From: Xylographa opegraphella
Lineage: Eukaryota
Direction of reading: 5' to 3'
Length of the DNA: 64,000 bases
Assembly: GCA_022813865.1 (NCBI GenBank)
Contig: JALDZX010000001.1
Location: forward strand, 248,001 to 312,000
The notes beneath the pieces were generated by a model, which searched no databases, was not told the DNA's origin, and saw only the letters and a list, made by a program, of their open reading frames with translations. Shown one piece after another: positions 37,623-50,049 of this stretch. The position numbers and the translations under genes were made by a program. The first letter of the stretch is position 1. Each line of letters starts with the position of its first letter.

Positions 37623-38201
37623 ATGTCATCCGACGAAGGTTACAGCGCCTTCCTCGACCAGGCCAACCAAGACACCGGCGCCGGCGATGCTTCGACTCAG
37701 TCAAGTCACGCACCGCTCAAGGCTACAGATACGGACGTTCCCGCCGCGCTGCAGGGGATCGAGCAAACGTACGTGTCCGAAGCGGACGAGCCGTTCGAGC
37801 CCGTGAGCTTGAAGTGGACGGGGCGGAGCATGCCGAGCGAGAGTAAGTGATCTTCTCTACTCTCCGACTGCCGACCGGCAAGGGCTCTCAAATCCCCTCT
37901 GATTTCTGGATAGCGAATTCCAGCAACTATGGAGCGATTGCTGATGAGCCTTGATGGTTGAGCAGATGATTTCGCGAGCCTGATCGGGCACAAAGCGGAG
38001 GTGTCGACGCTGTCGACGCGGGACTTCGATCCCAAGGGCGAGTACAAGGGGGTGATGGAGGCGGTGGAGAAGGCGGGAGATGGGAAGGTGCGGGTGTTCC
38101 GGGTGGAGGTGGGGAGCACGCGGGTGTGGTATTACGTGGTGGGGTGGGAGAAGGCAGCGGGGAAGGTGGTGGGCGTGAGGGCGAAGGCGGTGGAGAGTTG
38201 A
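37623..38201 (+). CDS. Small acidic protein resembling nuclease A inhibitor NuiA (151 aa)
   Basis: Exons 37623-37842 and 37966-38201 join in frame. Motifs YVSEADEPFEPV and YYVVGWEKAAGKVVGVRAKAVES* resemble NuiA FMSESEYPFEV and YVIGETPAGNLAGISTKVVET* as remembered. The gene model is firm; the family call is from recall. Confidence 0.75.
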
Positions 38202-39784
38202 TGTTGGGAGGGAGGTATCTGAGATGGAGGATATGACGGGGCTTTTGCTGAGGGGATCTGGAGGCATCCACCAGCTGGTTCTGAGGATCGGGATGGCTAG
38301 GCGCTGGGAATCGAACTGGTCAGGACCACGGTCGAGAACACCAGACGGGCGCGAAAGATGGAAAGCAAGTGTATTTCACGATGCATGGAATTACAGCGCT
38401 CTGTGAAGGTATGAGACCAGCGATTGTCTCTCTCGGGAACAGGCCTTGTGGACTTCACGATGCTGGCTCGACTTGTGACCCTCACCATCAGGCATAGAAG
38501 ACCCTTTTCTCCAGAAGTTCTCGCACAACTACTTGGCTTTGTATCAAAGACTGAAGCTACAGTGTTCCCAGCCTCAACAAATCCGGCCGCAGCAGTTCTT
38601 AATATGGAAGAAATACGGAAACATGGCAGCTGGACACACGTATGTGACAGCTGAGGCTCAATCGTTGCCAAGCGATCGGCGTACTGGCGAATGGGCGATC
38701 TTGGGGAGTCTTCTCCGTGGGATATTAATAGATCGCATTGCCGTGAAACTGCCGCAACGTCATTGGATGGCCCGGCAGCAAGAAAGAAACTGACGGGCCA
38801 AAAGACCTTGGAGTGGAATTCGGTTACCGAGCAGCATCTGAACCAGAAACAATCATGCTGCTCCGGTGAAGAGTGAAAGCTGATGGCTGGTCGTTTGTGG
38901 ACGAGCTCGATGGCGAATTATTGTCGCAATAATATAAAGCCAATTTCAGGGGCAGACATACTGGATGGGCCGGTGGGATAGATTGCAAGACCGTGCAAAA
39001 CGCTGGACATGATCATCAGTCTATCTCACTGTTCTCAATGTGCTGTACAGAAAGTACTCCGTAGTCATTTAGCATTAGCGGGTCTGGATGATTTCCCAAG
39101 TACAGAGACTTGTGTTCCATCATGCGTTGCTGACGCAGCTCACATTGCCACTGTAAGATTAATCCGGTTAGAGAACTCAGGCACACCGACAGGGGGGTGG
39201 TTCGGAATGACCCAGGGGATGGACGACCACAAAATTACCTTAGTGACGGCTCATTTTGCGTCGCCCCAAGCTCGTTTCTGCTCGACCGAAGGGAAACTAC
39301 CAACAAGCCAAAGCCATCTCAAAAAGACTGTCGCTCGTGAACACTTTTCGATCCTGCTTGAGCTTCATTCTATCTCATAGACTTTCGCTTTGATTCACAT
39401 TGACGATCCAACACGACGTTGACGCCTTCTCTCCCGGCCTTTTGACGTCCGGTCCTGCCTATTCCAAGCCTCTCCCTTCGATAGGAGACCACCCGCGTTA
39501 CTCGCATCAAAACACCCTTCTCTCAGCGCTGACAACCACAATCTTTCCCTCGTTCGCTGCCCGGTTGTCGCAATCGTGTTTGGATATGATACTGGAGGAC
39601 AACGTTTCAGGATAGAGACAACGAAAGAGGAGGCTGGTACCTGCTTTTTCTGCGACAACTGAAGTCTCAATTTATCACTCCGATCAGCCACAATCCACTC
39701 ACTGCATAACCATACCACTACGCGACAGAGGTAAACATCCATTCGTTCCACGTCCGAAAGGACAATCGATCTTTATTTCCGACC

Positions 39785-42124
39785 ATGTCCGACTCCAGCT
39801 CTTCTCCCATGCCACCCCACATCAGACTCAACTCCGCGCAAGAAAATATCCTCATCCAAGGGTCTCCGGACAACAGGTCAATACCCGCGCCATTGCAATC
39901 TCCTCCAGGAGGCAGATCTCTCATACCTCAACGGCCATCTACCGCAAATACAATACATCGGGCACCATCGACGCGAGGATTGCACAATGTCGGGCCAGCA
40001 GAGTCTGCAGAACTATTACTTCCTCCGTCGAGATCACGGACCCACCGATTTCGAGATGAAGACCCCTCGGCACGAGGTTACCCAGACGCAAACGGCTTCA
40101 GAACGCCAAGCGGCTTCTCGTCGAGGAGGACGAGTTGGAGCTCCGAAGGTGGCAGTAGGGATAGCAGGGTGTACGACTCGAATCCATTCGCTGACTCAAG
40201 AGCACCATCAAGGGCTGGTAGCGACGACGACAATGTCAATACACAAACTGTCTCCGAAAAATACAACATATTACCCTCTGCCGGATTGTTATTGTTCCCG
40301 GAAGATGTGGAGAAGGACGACTGGCTCCACAACCCCGATCCCAATGAAAAAGAAAAACGGGAATGTGACGTATTCACGAGGCGGGGAATGGTTAACGTTG
40401 GAGGACTCGCATTCATAACCCTCGGTGTTTTGATGCTCTTTATAGGATATCCCGTATTGTGAGTCTTCAAGATCAGCTGTTCTATTCATAGATTCCAGTA
40501 CCATTCATTCATCTAGCTGCAGCGTCACAGAAAGCACCAGCTAACGGGACACTTTACAGAACTTTTTTGAAGGGCATTGCGGATCCACCGGATCCATGCG
40601 CTTCTAATCCGGATTGTATCAATATCAAACAACCACTACTCGCCAACATACGGCCTGGCCTTATCGACAAGGACACGCCAAAATCTGCATACACGAAGAC
40701 TTCCGTCGATGGTTCACAGATGCAACTCGTTGTAAGTATCAGCACCGTTGCTCGATTGCCGAATGATTCGGTGCTAATTGTGATAGTTTTCGGATGAGTT
40801 TAATACACCTGGTCGTACCTTTTACCCCGGCGATGATCCGTATTGGACAGCAGTTGACATATGGTATGGAGTGACGCAGGATCTAGAGGTAAATAGATAA
40901 CGCCCATGCTTAGTGTTATGCTAAATCCATGATAGTGGTATGACCCCGATGCCGTGACAACCAAGGATGGCGCGCTGGAGATACGCTTTGATGCTTTCCA
41001 GAATCACGGGCTTAACTACCGCTCGGGGATGGTACAATCCTGGAACCAGATGTGCTTTCAAGGAGGACATCTCGAAGCGTCAATCTCATTACCTGGCCGC
41101 GGGGACACTGTTGGTTTTTGGCCGGGATTTTGGGCCATGGGCAATTTGGGCAGACCAGGTTACGCAGCCACTACGGATGGTCTATGGCCCTACAGTTACG
41201 ACAACGTATGTGATGCTGGAATCACCGCCAACCAGAGCCAGACAGATGGTCTCAACGGGTTACCTGGCATGCGATTACCGGCTTGCACTTGTAGTGGGGA
41301 GGATCACCCATCTCCCGGTGTTTCGCGCTCAGCACCAGAAATTGACGTAATTGAAGCCAGTGTGGGACACTTGGACGCGGTGGATCAAATCGGGCTTGTT
41401 TCACAAAGTGCCCAGTTCGCGCCATTCGACATCTGGTATGCACCAGATTATGGTAAGCCATTCGTTCCGTTCGAAGGACATATCAGCAGACTCTCTAACT
41501 CTTATACCAGAGTATGTCGAAGTGTATAACCCTCTCATCACCACAATGAACACTTATCGAGGCGGCACTTTTCAGCAAGCCATGTCAGGGGTTACGACGT
41601 TGAACAACGAGTGGTATGATGGTAATGCGTACCAGACGTACGCTTTCGAATATACACCAGGAGGCTCAGGTAAAATTAATTGGTTTGTGGGCGAAACATC
41701 TAGCTGGGCTATGGATGCTCGATCAGTGCGGCCGAACGGAAATGTTGGTCAGCGGATCATTCCCATGGAGCCTATGGCGATGATCATGAACTTCGGCATG
41801 TCCAACGGATTCTCGGCCCTCAATTTCACTGGTCTTGGTGCACTCTTGCCTGCGACCATGCGTTTTGACTATGTCCGAATATACCAAGACAATGATGCGA
41901 TAAGTGTCGGCTGTGATCCTCCCGGCTATCCGACATACGATTACATTCAGAATCACCCCGAAGCATATCAAAATCCTAACAAAACCCAATGGTACGTGTT
42001 ATGTGAGAGCATCCCGGGGCAGTACTGATACCTCTATAGGTCCCAAACCTCTCACCCACAGCCTAAAAACGCCCTTGTACATGGCTGTGAGGCTCAGGTC
42101 TCTGTTCCCATCACCTCCTCTTGA
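39785..42124 (+). CDS. KRE6: Beta-1,6-glucan synthesis-associated protein Kre6/Skn1 (GH16-like, type II membrane)
   Basis: Cytosolic N-terminus with [13 protein letters not shown] helix, [27 protein letters not shown], catalytic-like EIDVIE and [10 protein letters not shown]. Six exons. Confidence 0.95.
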
Positions 42125-43520
42125 CACTAGAAGTGTTCTCTGCATCACAGATCGCGTGTTCAGAAATTTCTTGTACAAAACAAACTTTTATGCATAGCGG
42201 AGTCAGCGTCATTTCACCACATCAATCTGCGGCCTCGAGTAATGCACTTGCGCCTACGACCTCTGCACCACTACCAACACGAAACACCACCTTACGGCTG
42301 TCTCACTTGCCTTCTGCATGCGCTCCTGTGCATAATTGCCTCGAAGGCATTTTGTCCGCTCGCAGTGAGAAGGCCCACGCTTAACCACTAGCCGGGCTTT
42401 CCTATACGCATATCATAGCATTGGGAGGTTCTCCTCGATTTTTATTTTCGTTTTCTAGCGGAAATTTACGCGCACAGGCATTTCCCCCCCCGCTGCGCTT
42501 GTACGGGCGTTTGCTGCTGCTGCATACGCGGAAGGCCCACTGCATCATAGATATTAGGCCTGGTGGCCACCCGGCGTCATTGTTGCTGGCCAAAGGGAGG
42601 ATAATCAGGCATTAACGTTGAATCAGCTACGACTACCAAGCTAGCTAGGCTCTCGTAGTCGACCGCAGTATGTAACATATTATGCGATATACCATATGTA
42701 GTGTGCCTTGTGACCTTCGCTGCCCCGTTGGTGATGGTCGTCGATAGGACCGCGGATGCTGTGGATGCGTGCGTGGATGCGGAAGCGGGAGCAAAAATCA
42801 GCATTTCGAGAGGGGACGGCTTCCTGCAGATGCAAGTGTCCGGCATGCATGGCGGCTGGGGGCGTACAACGGTGATTATCGTTGAGAGGAGGGTGGGGGT
42901 GGTGGTGTAGTGAGCGGTTGAGTACCTTACCTACTCCGTACCCTTTCCTTTCCTCCCCCTTTGATGGGATCTGGGCGCGGCAATGCTCGTCCACCCTCGT
43001 TCGATGTCCCTCGCTGCGTGATTGTAAGTTGCCTTTTCATACTTCTCGCTGTGCTTGGCTGAGCCTTTCTGTCTCTCTTTCTCTCGCTCTCTCTGTCTGG
43101 CTTTGGTATGTCTCGCGAAGTATCTGTCCGCAAGGGTGCGACTGAGTAGCATGCCGTGGTTGGAACGGCAGGAGGGTTGTGTCCGATAGTATAGCCCAAG
43201 TTTTGCCTTGTGTGCGCCGTTGAGTTAACCGTTCCGCTTTCCTCGCGTCTTGCGTTTATATATCACTCCTTTCTATTTTCTGTTCTCTACGTTCGATTTA
43301 CCGCGTGACGCTTTCTTACATTGTACGTCTGCATCCTAGTCCCCCTTGCGTTCTACGAATCCCCTATCGTCTCCGCTCACGCCCACCTAACCTACCCACC
43401 GCACCACCTCCTCGTCCGCGACGCTGTTCCTCCACATTTTCTACCCTCCATCGAAAACCAAGCTCCACCCTCACCAGCCTACCTCGCCCCGTCTCCCCAT
43501 CCTCGTCCCCCTACCACCAC

Positions 43521-43580
43521 CACCCCCTCAACCCTCACCACCCCCTCAACCCTCACCACCCCCTCAACCCTCACCACCCC
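43521..43580 (+). repeat. 18-nt tandem repeat (CACCCCCTCAACCCTCAC) x3
   Basis: Three direct copies immediately upstream of the ATG at 43594. Confidence 0.85.
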
Positions 43581-43593
43581 CACCCAACCAAAA

Positions 43594-44119
43594 ATGCCGC
43601 GCCCCACCGCGCTCCAAGACCGCCAAGCCCGCGGCCACCCCCCGCCCGCGCGCCAAGCGGCCCCGAAACGGCCGGCAGGCGCCTCCTCCTCCTCCACCTC
43701 CGCCGCCACCACTTCGGCAGCCTCTGCAACGACCGTGACGAACGCCACCGCAGCGACGACCGAGAACCGCACGCTCACGTACGCGGAGGAGCAGCGCATC
43801 GACGCCGCGGCGCGCGTGCTGGGCAGCTGGGAGGCGTTGGCGATGCATGCGAGTGCGGCTTCGGAGGTGGGTCGTTCCCGCTTTCTGTCTTTTGTAACAA
43901 AGTGATGGCGGGCTACGCAAGCAGGGTTGCTGACGCGTTGAGGGGAAGAGTATCCCGCAGACGAGACTACGGTTTGAGAAGATGTTGGTGGGGGTGGAGG
44001 AGGAGGGGGGGAGGGAGGAGGAGTGGGAGGATGAGCTGGATGAGGGGTGGGTGGCGGAGGGGGAGGGGGTGGGGGTGGGGACGGGGAAGGGGAAGGGGAA
44101 GGGGGGGAGGAAGCGGTAG
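43594..44119 (+). CDS. Small uncharacterised protein
   Basis: AAAATG start, exon to 43866, GTGGGT donor, GCTGAC branch site and AAG acceptor near 43948. Spliced core AARVLGSWEALAMHASAASE|SIPQTRLRFEKML, then an acidic/Gly-Lys tail. Confidence 0.6.
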
Positions 44120-45185
44120 CGGTGGGAGGGAAAGGATACGGACGGGCGTTGGTAGGCGTTTAATTTAAGAAACTCTCGAAGAAAAGAGGGGGGTAAATGG
44201 CTAGCTTAAATTCAAGCCCTAGGGAAACATCTACAAGCCAGGTAATAAAGATGATGATAATGGGCACGACACAACGCCCTCACCCCCCCTGACCCCTCTC
44301 TACCATTGCCCGTGCGGGAACATATGCACCGCATCTGCTTCCCCATTTCTCTCAGAACCCATCGACCGCGGAAGGAATGTGTCATGGCTCGCTCCCGCTA
44401 TCGTGGTGATGGTGTGCGGTTTCGATGCGTGCCCTGTTGCTCGTTCTTTGTGGCGCCCGGAGGGAAAGGGCAAGAATCCGGTTTGTGGAGTATGGGTTCG
44501 AGCGTTGATTGGTGTTTGGGAATGTTGTTTCTTCGGCTTACTATCGCTTGTCTGATTCGACTTTTGAATTTCCCGGGGCTCTCTGTCTCGTTCCTTGGGT
44601 GGGTAGGTGGCGAATGCGAAGGTTTCGTTGGATCTAGTGTCATTATCACGCATCGAGGATGCTGGCACTGCTTTTGGGTGGGGGGGGGGAAAGGGGAAGG
44701 AAATGGGCATCGTGAAGAGGATTTCTAGTGAAGAAGCACCAATCTCCCAGTTGCACGCGGCGGGACTGTCTGAGGAGAGCCTAGAAGGGGAAGGTGCGGA
44801 AAGGTGCAAAACCACATATACAAAAGTCAACGAGTTGGAAAGTGTGGAAATTTCCAAAGCCGGACTGGGCTCGTAGATGGCCGGACCTTACTGAGAACAC
44901 CCGATCTAACCGCGAAACGGTGGTAAGGTTCATCTGATCCCTATACATTCCCACCGATATGCGTGTGAACTTGTACATAACTTTGTCCATACGCTACCTT
45001 ACTGCCAGCCCATGCTGCGTTCACAACGAGTCCTCGTCGTCTCTTCTCGGCACGCCTTCCTCGTTGACCATGCTCTCCGCGTCGCCGACCTGTTTCCGCG
45101 TGCTGATCTCCCGACTGCGCAAGCGCGACCGCATTGCCGATTTCAGCGTCAATCCTTGGGTGTTACCCCTCATGACTGCTAATTG

Positions 45186-46741
45186 TTATTGCAAAGGTTC
45201 TGAGCTGGATGACAGTCGATTGAGATGGAGGTACACATCGGTTCCATAACTGGCGAGTAGGGGATCAGCAAAGGGTTTCACCAACGCTCAGGCTCTGGTA
45301 GGAGAGAGTAACTCACCCTTCCATACTAATAAGCTTCAGGTCTCCGCCGAAGTATCTTGCATATAATCTACTAATGGGTAGTCCGTATCCAAAGCCAGCC
45401 ATGGGTGCCTTGAAGTCGCTTTTGTCAAAATCCGGATCCAAATTGGGAGTTGCTTCAACAGTCGTATACATATATGTCCACACCAGCGGTATCACGCTCC
45501 GAGGTATCCCTCCACCTTCGTCCGAGATTTTTATTGTAATGTCTTCTTTCCCTTCTGCTACGACAACTTTGGTTACCGGAAATTCGTCCTTGTGCTGCCC
45601 ATGCCTCTCCACTACTGCTCGAAGCGAATTCTTGAGCGTCTCGAAAAGCATATGCGACAAGTGCCCCGGCACGTACATGAAATGTAGATCAGGTTTGCAT
45701 ACGAGCTGCACCTTTGGAGCGTCGAATAGGCCGTAATGGTCCTCGCAGACAAAGCGGGCATTGTCGATGGCTTCTTGAGCCAACTCTCGCACATTTGTTT
45801 TCGTACATATTATGCCCACATAGTTAGGGTCCACCGACGCTCTTTGATCTGTGAGAGCAATATGCTGCCCTATAAGCATTCGTATTCCAATCCGTGACAT
45901 ATAAAACCTATCGAGGAAAGCCTGAATATTTGAGTCGATTTGCATACGTTGTCGTTTACGTTTGTATTCAAGGATACCCTGAGCTGTTCGAATGAATAAG
46001 CTGGCGGTCATCGGTATCATAAAGGATGCACAGACCAACTGTTGTTACCACGCTGTCATGCCGCCGCTTGATGCCCTCCAGAGTCTTTGCGAATCTCTTG
46101 TTATAGTCATTGAGCTCTGGAGGCCAGTCATCTCCATCATCCGCAGCGGCATAGTATCTTCTTGTTGCGCTCTTGGTTCCGTTGCCATTCCCATTCTGCT
46201 TCCCTTTTGCGGACGGTAGAGATCGATATTGGCCTTGCTTGACACTAGGATTTGCTGTGGTTTCGATCAGGATTTTGGATTCCCGACCAGTAGATCTGGC
46301 AGGCCTGAGTAATCTTTCCCGAGTATCTGAAGGTAAATTTGGGCGCGAAAGAGTCGTAATATCCTAGATCTTTGATCAATAGGCATTATGGCGCGGCGCC
46401 AAGACTTCTCATGTACCTCAAATGATTGTGCATACCAGTCCTGCACCTTCTTTATCGACGGCATCTCATTCAAGCTATCTGGTAGATCTCCAAGCTCCTG
46501 CACGCGATGTGCTAACCGAATGGGGAGCTCTTCGGACAGGAATTGAGAAGCACGGAATAGAGTACCTATGATCGTTGCAAAGAATAAGCGGTAGCAATTG
46601 ACATGGAGCCTCCTTGTGGCTGGTACCTGTTGAAGGCTTCTCGCCAAACTGAACCATCTGCCTCAAACTCACACCCGTGGCAGGAAATTGCGAGTAATGC
46701 TTGATGGTGTCCATCAGCTTGTCCGTCTTTTTCCACGACAT
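45186..46741 (-). CDS. Mitochondrial pyruvate dehydrogenase (alpha-ketoacid dehydrogenase) kinase
   Basis: ELPIRLAHRV, FLDRFYMSRIGIRMLIGQH, N-box ETLKNSLRA, G1 SDEGGGI, G2 GFGYGLPISRLYARYFGG and terminal GYGTDVYLHLNRLSSSSEPLQ. Five exons. Confidence 0.96.
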
Positions 46742-47849
46742 CTCCTCGAGCCCCTGGACGTGGGGCAATCCCTGGAATGAGGGTGGATACTGCAAATATG
46801 TAAAGGGTAGAATTTCTGGACCATGAGGTTGAAAAGCAATTCGAGGCCCGGTGACAACGCTTGGGGACCAGTGAAGTTCGCAATGCTGACTGATGTGTTG
46901 AGTTTAAGGATACTTGTGGATCAGGTAATGCGGGCAGTTGGTGATGTGACCAGAGCAAGAGTGAAGCGGTATGCGACTTTGTTCCTGGCTCGGAGAAGTG
47001 TCCGGGAAGTTCCTGAGTCACTGTCTCGAGCCCTAAGACCGACCTCGGGACGATGGAAGCTTTGACAGACTATCGACCGAATGTGATCTAGCCGTTTCCC
47101 CACATTTCGCTTGGACGGATCCCTGCCCACAGATCTTCAATCACTTTTTTGCCGTTCATTCACAATGCCGTTGTGGTTGTATCGGACGGAATGTGGTTGC
47201 ATCGGAAAGCAAGTAGGAAGCCACTCCGAGTCGACTGCCATCGTTCAATTATTGTACAGCGCCCTTCATATCCCTCCATCTGAATGCTTCAACTTTAGCT
47301 CCAGATCCCTCCTCCGCTAGCCTTCGGCAGTTGCTCCTGATCATTCCGATATGGTGTGCTTCGGACCCGTTCCCTACGGGGGAAACCAGAGCAGCTTCAT
47401 TCGACTTGAGAACCTCATAAGATGACGGGGCATACACAGCGTGCAGACGGGGACGTACGACTACAGTCCAAGCATTTGTTTTAGCCGTGCTATAAGTCAA
47501 AGATGTTCTTTACATTATCTAGATAAATTGTGAAACCGCAGTCTCATTTCATTTGCTTATTATATGGAAAGTCGACTAGTCTTCTCTATATAACATTAGC
47601 TCAGCACTCATTGCTTGACACCATATAGACACTATACCATTGATCTCCTAATTCAAGAAATGTGACAGGCCCCAAGTCAATGCGTGCCTCACATGAGTAA
47701 TTTGCTCAACCACAAGCCCTAAACGCTAGAAACCTCGCCTGGGATATGTTACGCCGAAGCTCCGCACTCTTTTCATCACTTGTAGCTTTTGCAGTGCTTC
47801 TTCAGTCTCCGCAAATTGAATCACATCGAGATCGGCCCAGGTCTTCACA

Positions 47850-49230
47850 ATGGCATATCCTTTCCCTCGCTTTGCCAACACTCCTCAGACACCTCAGTAC
47901 ATTCAAGGCATTGAAAGCCCCAGCACGAACATATCCCGAAGCCTCAAATCCCGATCCAGTTTGTCACAAAAGCGATTCGTCGCTCTACTTCTCTTTCTCG
48001 TCGCTATTCTTCTCTGGTTGATTGATCCTTTCTCACGGCCCCCGAAGGAAACAGATAAGATACCATTCTCTCACGATGAGATTGACGAGTAAGTCCCTGC
48101 ACCACTTTCCCGAAGGTGGCATGACTAGAGCTTAGGCCAGCTACCTTGCCCACTTTGAAGGTCATCAAGACTGTGGTATCACATCGCCGTCCCTTTACAC
48201 AGCACCATCTAGACTTCCACATCATGATAAGACGAATGCTCTTCCGTACTGCAGGAGCCGTGCGACACTTCTCGAAGCCATGAGCGGAGGTGGACGCCAC
48301 GGCTTCGACACTCCCTTCTTTCCGGCCGGCTGCCACTACCGTTGGTATACGACTGCAGAAATTTGCATGATCCTTGATCGCTTTGATGCCGTTGTATTTA
48401 TCGGAGACAGCATGCTGCAGAACATCTACTCCGCCTTCAACATGCTTCTCCGGGAAAACATCGCCCTGGGTGGACTCAAGCAATGGAACCTGAAAGATGG
48501 CGAGCGCTCGTCTTGCCACTGCGACAACCAAATCATGAGACCCGAGTGTGCAGGCCAGAGCATAACCTCCAGCGCCGAAGTCCGCGAAAACGACGGTGGA
48601 AGTGGACACCGTAGCCCGTACTACTGTGACCGTAAGCTCAGCCAGCATTTCATTTCTCTCCCATCAAATCTGTCCGGATATGTTGCTTACGTTGCCATAG
48701 GCGCACCCCACACCTTCCTTGGTATCGGCGGTTCATCAGATTCGTCCTCTCTGCACTCCACGTTCACAAATATTCTCTCCGCCTCTCCAGACTCATACAA
48801 ACCGGTCGCTGTGATCCACTCCCTATCTCTCAGCACATCCCTCTCCTGGCCTCTAGCAACCGCCTCGATGGACGAATGGCTCTCCATCGCTGACGCCTCG
48901 GCCCGTAACGTGCCATTTCTCTGGGTGGGCCCTACAGCCGCCGGTCATCTCAAGCCCCCCGGCCTGATCCTCAGCCAGGGCAATAATGCACTCTGGCATT
49001 ATACCGTGGAGATGGCCAAGGAGGCGCGGGCGAGGGAAGTAGATGCGCTGGGGATGTACAATATGACACTGCAAGCCAGCAGTTGGGATGGAAGCGGATA
49101 TGGGACGCGGGTGGGATTGGTGCAGGCGATGATGGTGAGTGAACGGGCTCGATCCTGTTCCTGTCCGTCACAGGATACTGACACATTCACCCAGGTTATC
49201 AATTGGCTGTCGAGATTGGAGTCCACTTAA
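47850..49230 (+). CDS. Type II membrane SGNH/GDS-motif protein, CAP64/CAS3-like
   Basis: Four exons joined in frame. N-terminal TM anchor, LLEAMSGGGRHGFD, GCHYRWY...ICMILDRF...FIGDSM and C-terminal SWDGSGYG. Family assignment is from recalled similarity to the Cryptococcus capsule proteins. Confidence 0.7.
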
Positions 49231-50049
49231 GTGTAGGCGGTTGGAAGATTCTGTCGACGAACGGACTGGCATTGTCTGCAGGGGGTGACTGCATTAGCGT
49301 CGGCGAGGGAGTTGGGGATGGATAAGAGGTAGAGATGAAATTTCCGGTACGAACCATTGCTGCAACGCGCTTGGGGAGTCGACTTTGGAACGGATCACAG
49401 GCACGCAATAGAGATCAGGGACAAGATAAAGGAAGCCACCATGGGAGCAAAGAAACCACAAACCCAGATATACGTATCAAACTCTCTTTCTCTCTCACAC
49501 TCTCTCTCTTCGAATCTATGACCACGAATGCGCTGTATTGAACACCACCACCACCACCAATCATCGCCCTCCTCCCCGCCATCCCCCCCTCCCCAACGCC
49601 GCGCTCCCTCCCCGCCCGAGCATACGGCCTCCCCACCCCTCCACCGATCCAGAGTAGTAGAAAACCAACAGACCCCTCACCAAGCGTGGGAAAACATGGT
49701 ATCTCGTAATCGCTGCTGGGAAACCTCCCCCCCCCCCTCAATAGACGCCAGACGCTGAAACCCCGCCTTTCCATGTGCGGCCCACCCCATAAAGACAGAG
49801 ACAGATGCGCGGGGACGGAGCGTTGAAACAGAGGCAGAGCGGAAAAGCAAAGTGCCTGCACTGCGGATATGTGGTGAGATAAGGGGGAGGGGGGTTGCTG
49901 GTGTAGGGCATTTCGTTGGCGCTCCGTTCTGTCCCGCAGCACACCTCACACTACAGAAAGGGACTGAATGTGAGGGGATGGCGCTGGTGTAGTCGGTGGA
50001 ATAGTTGCAACCAAGATAGAGGGGGTGTATACGAACGCCGCCGAGGGAA

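Noticed and set aside
43521..43580. Interstitial telomere-like repeat
   Set aside because: Reads TGAGGG/TTGAGGG within an 18-nt unit, not tandem TTAGGG.
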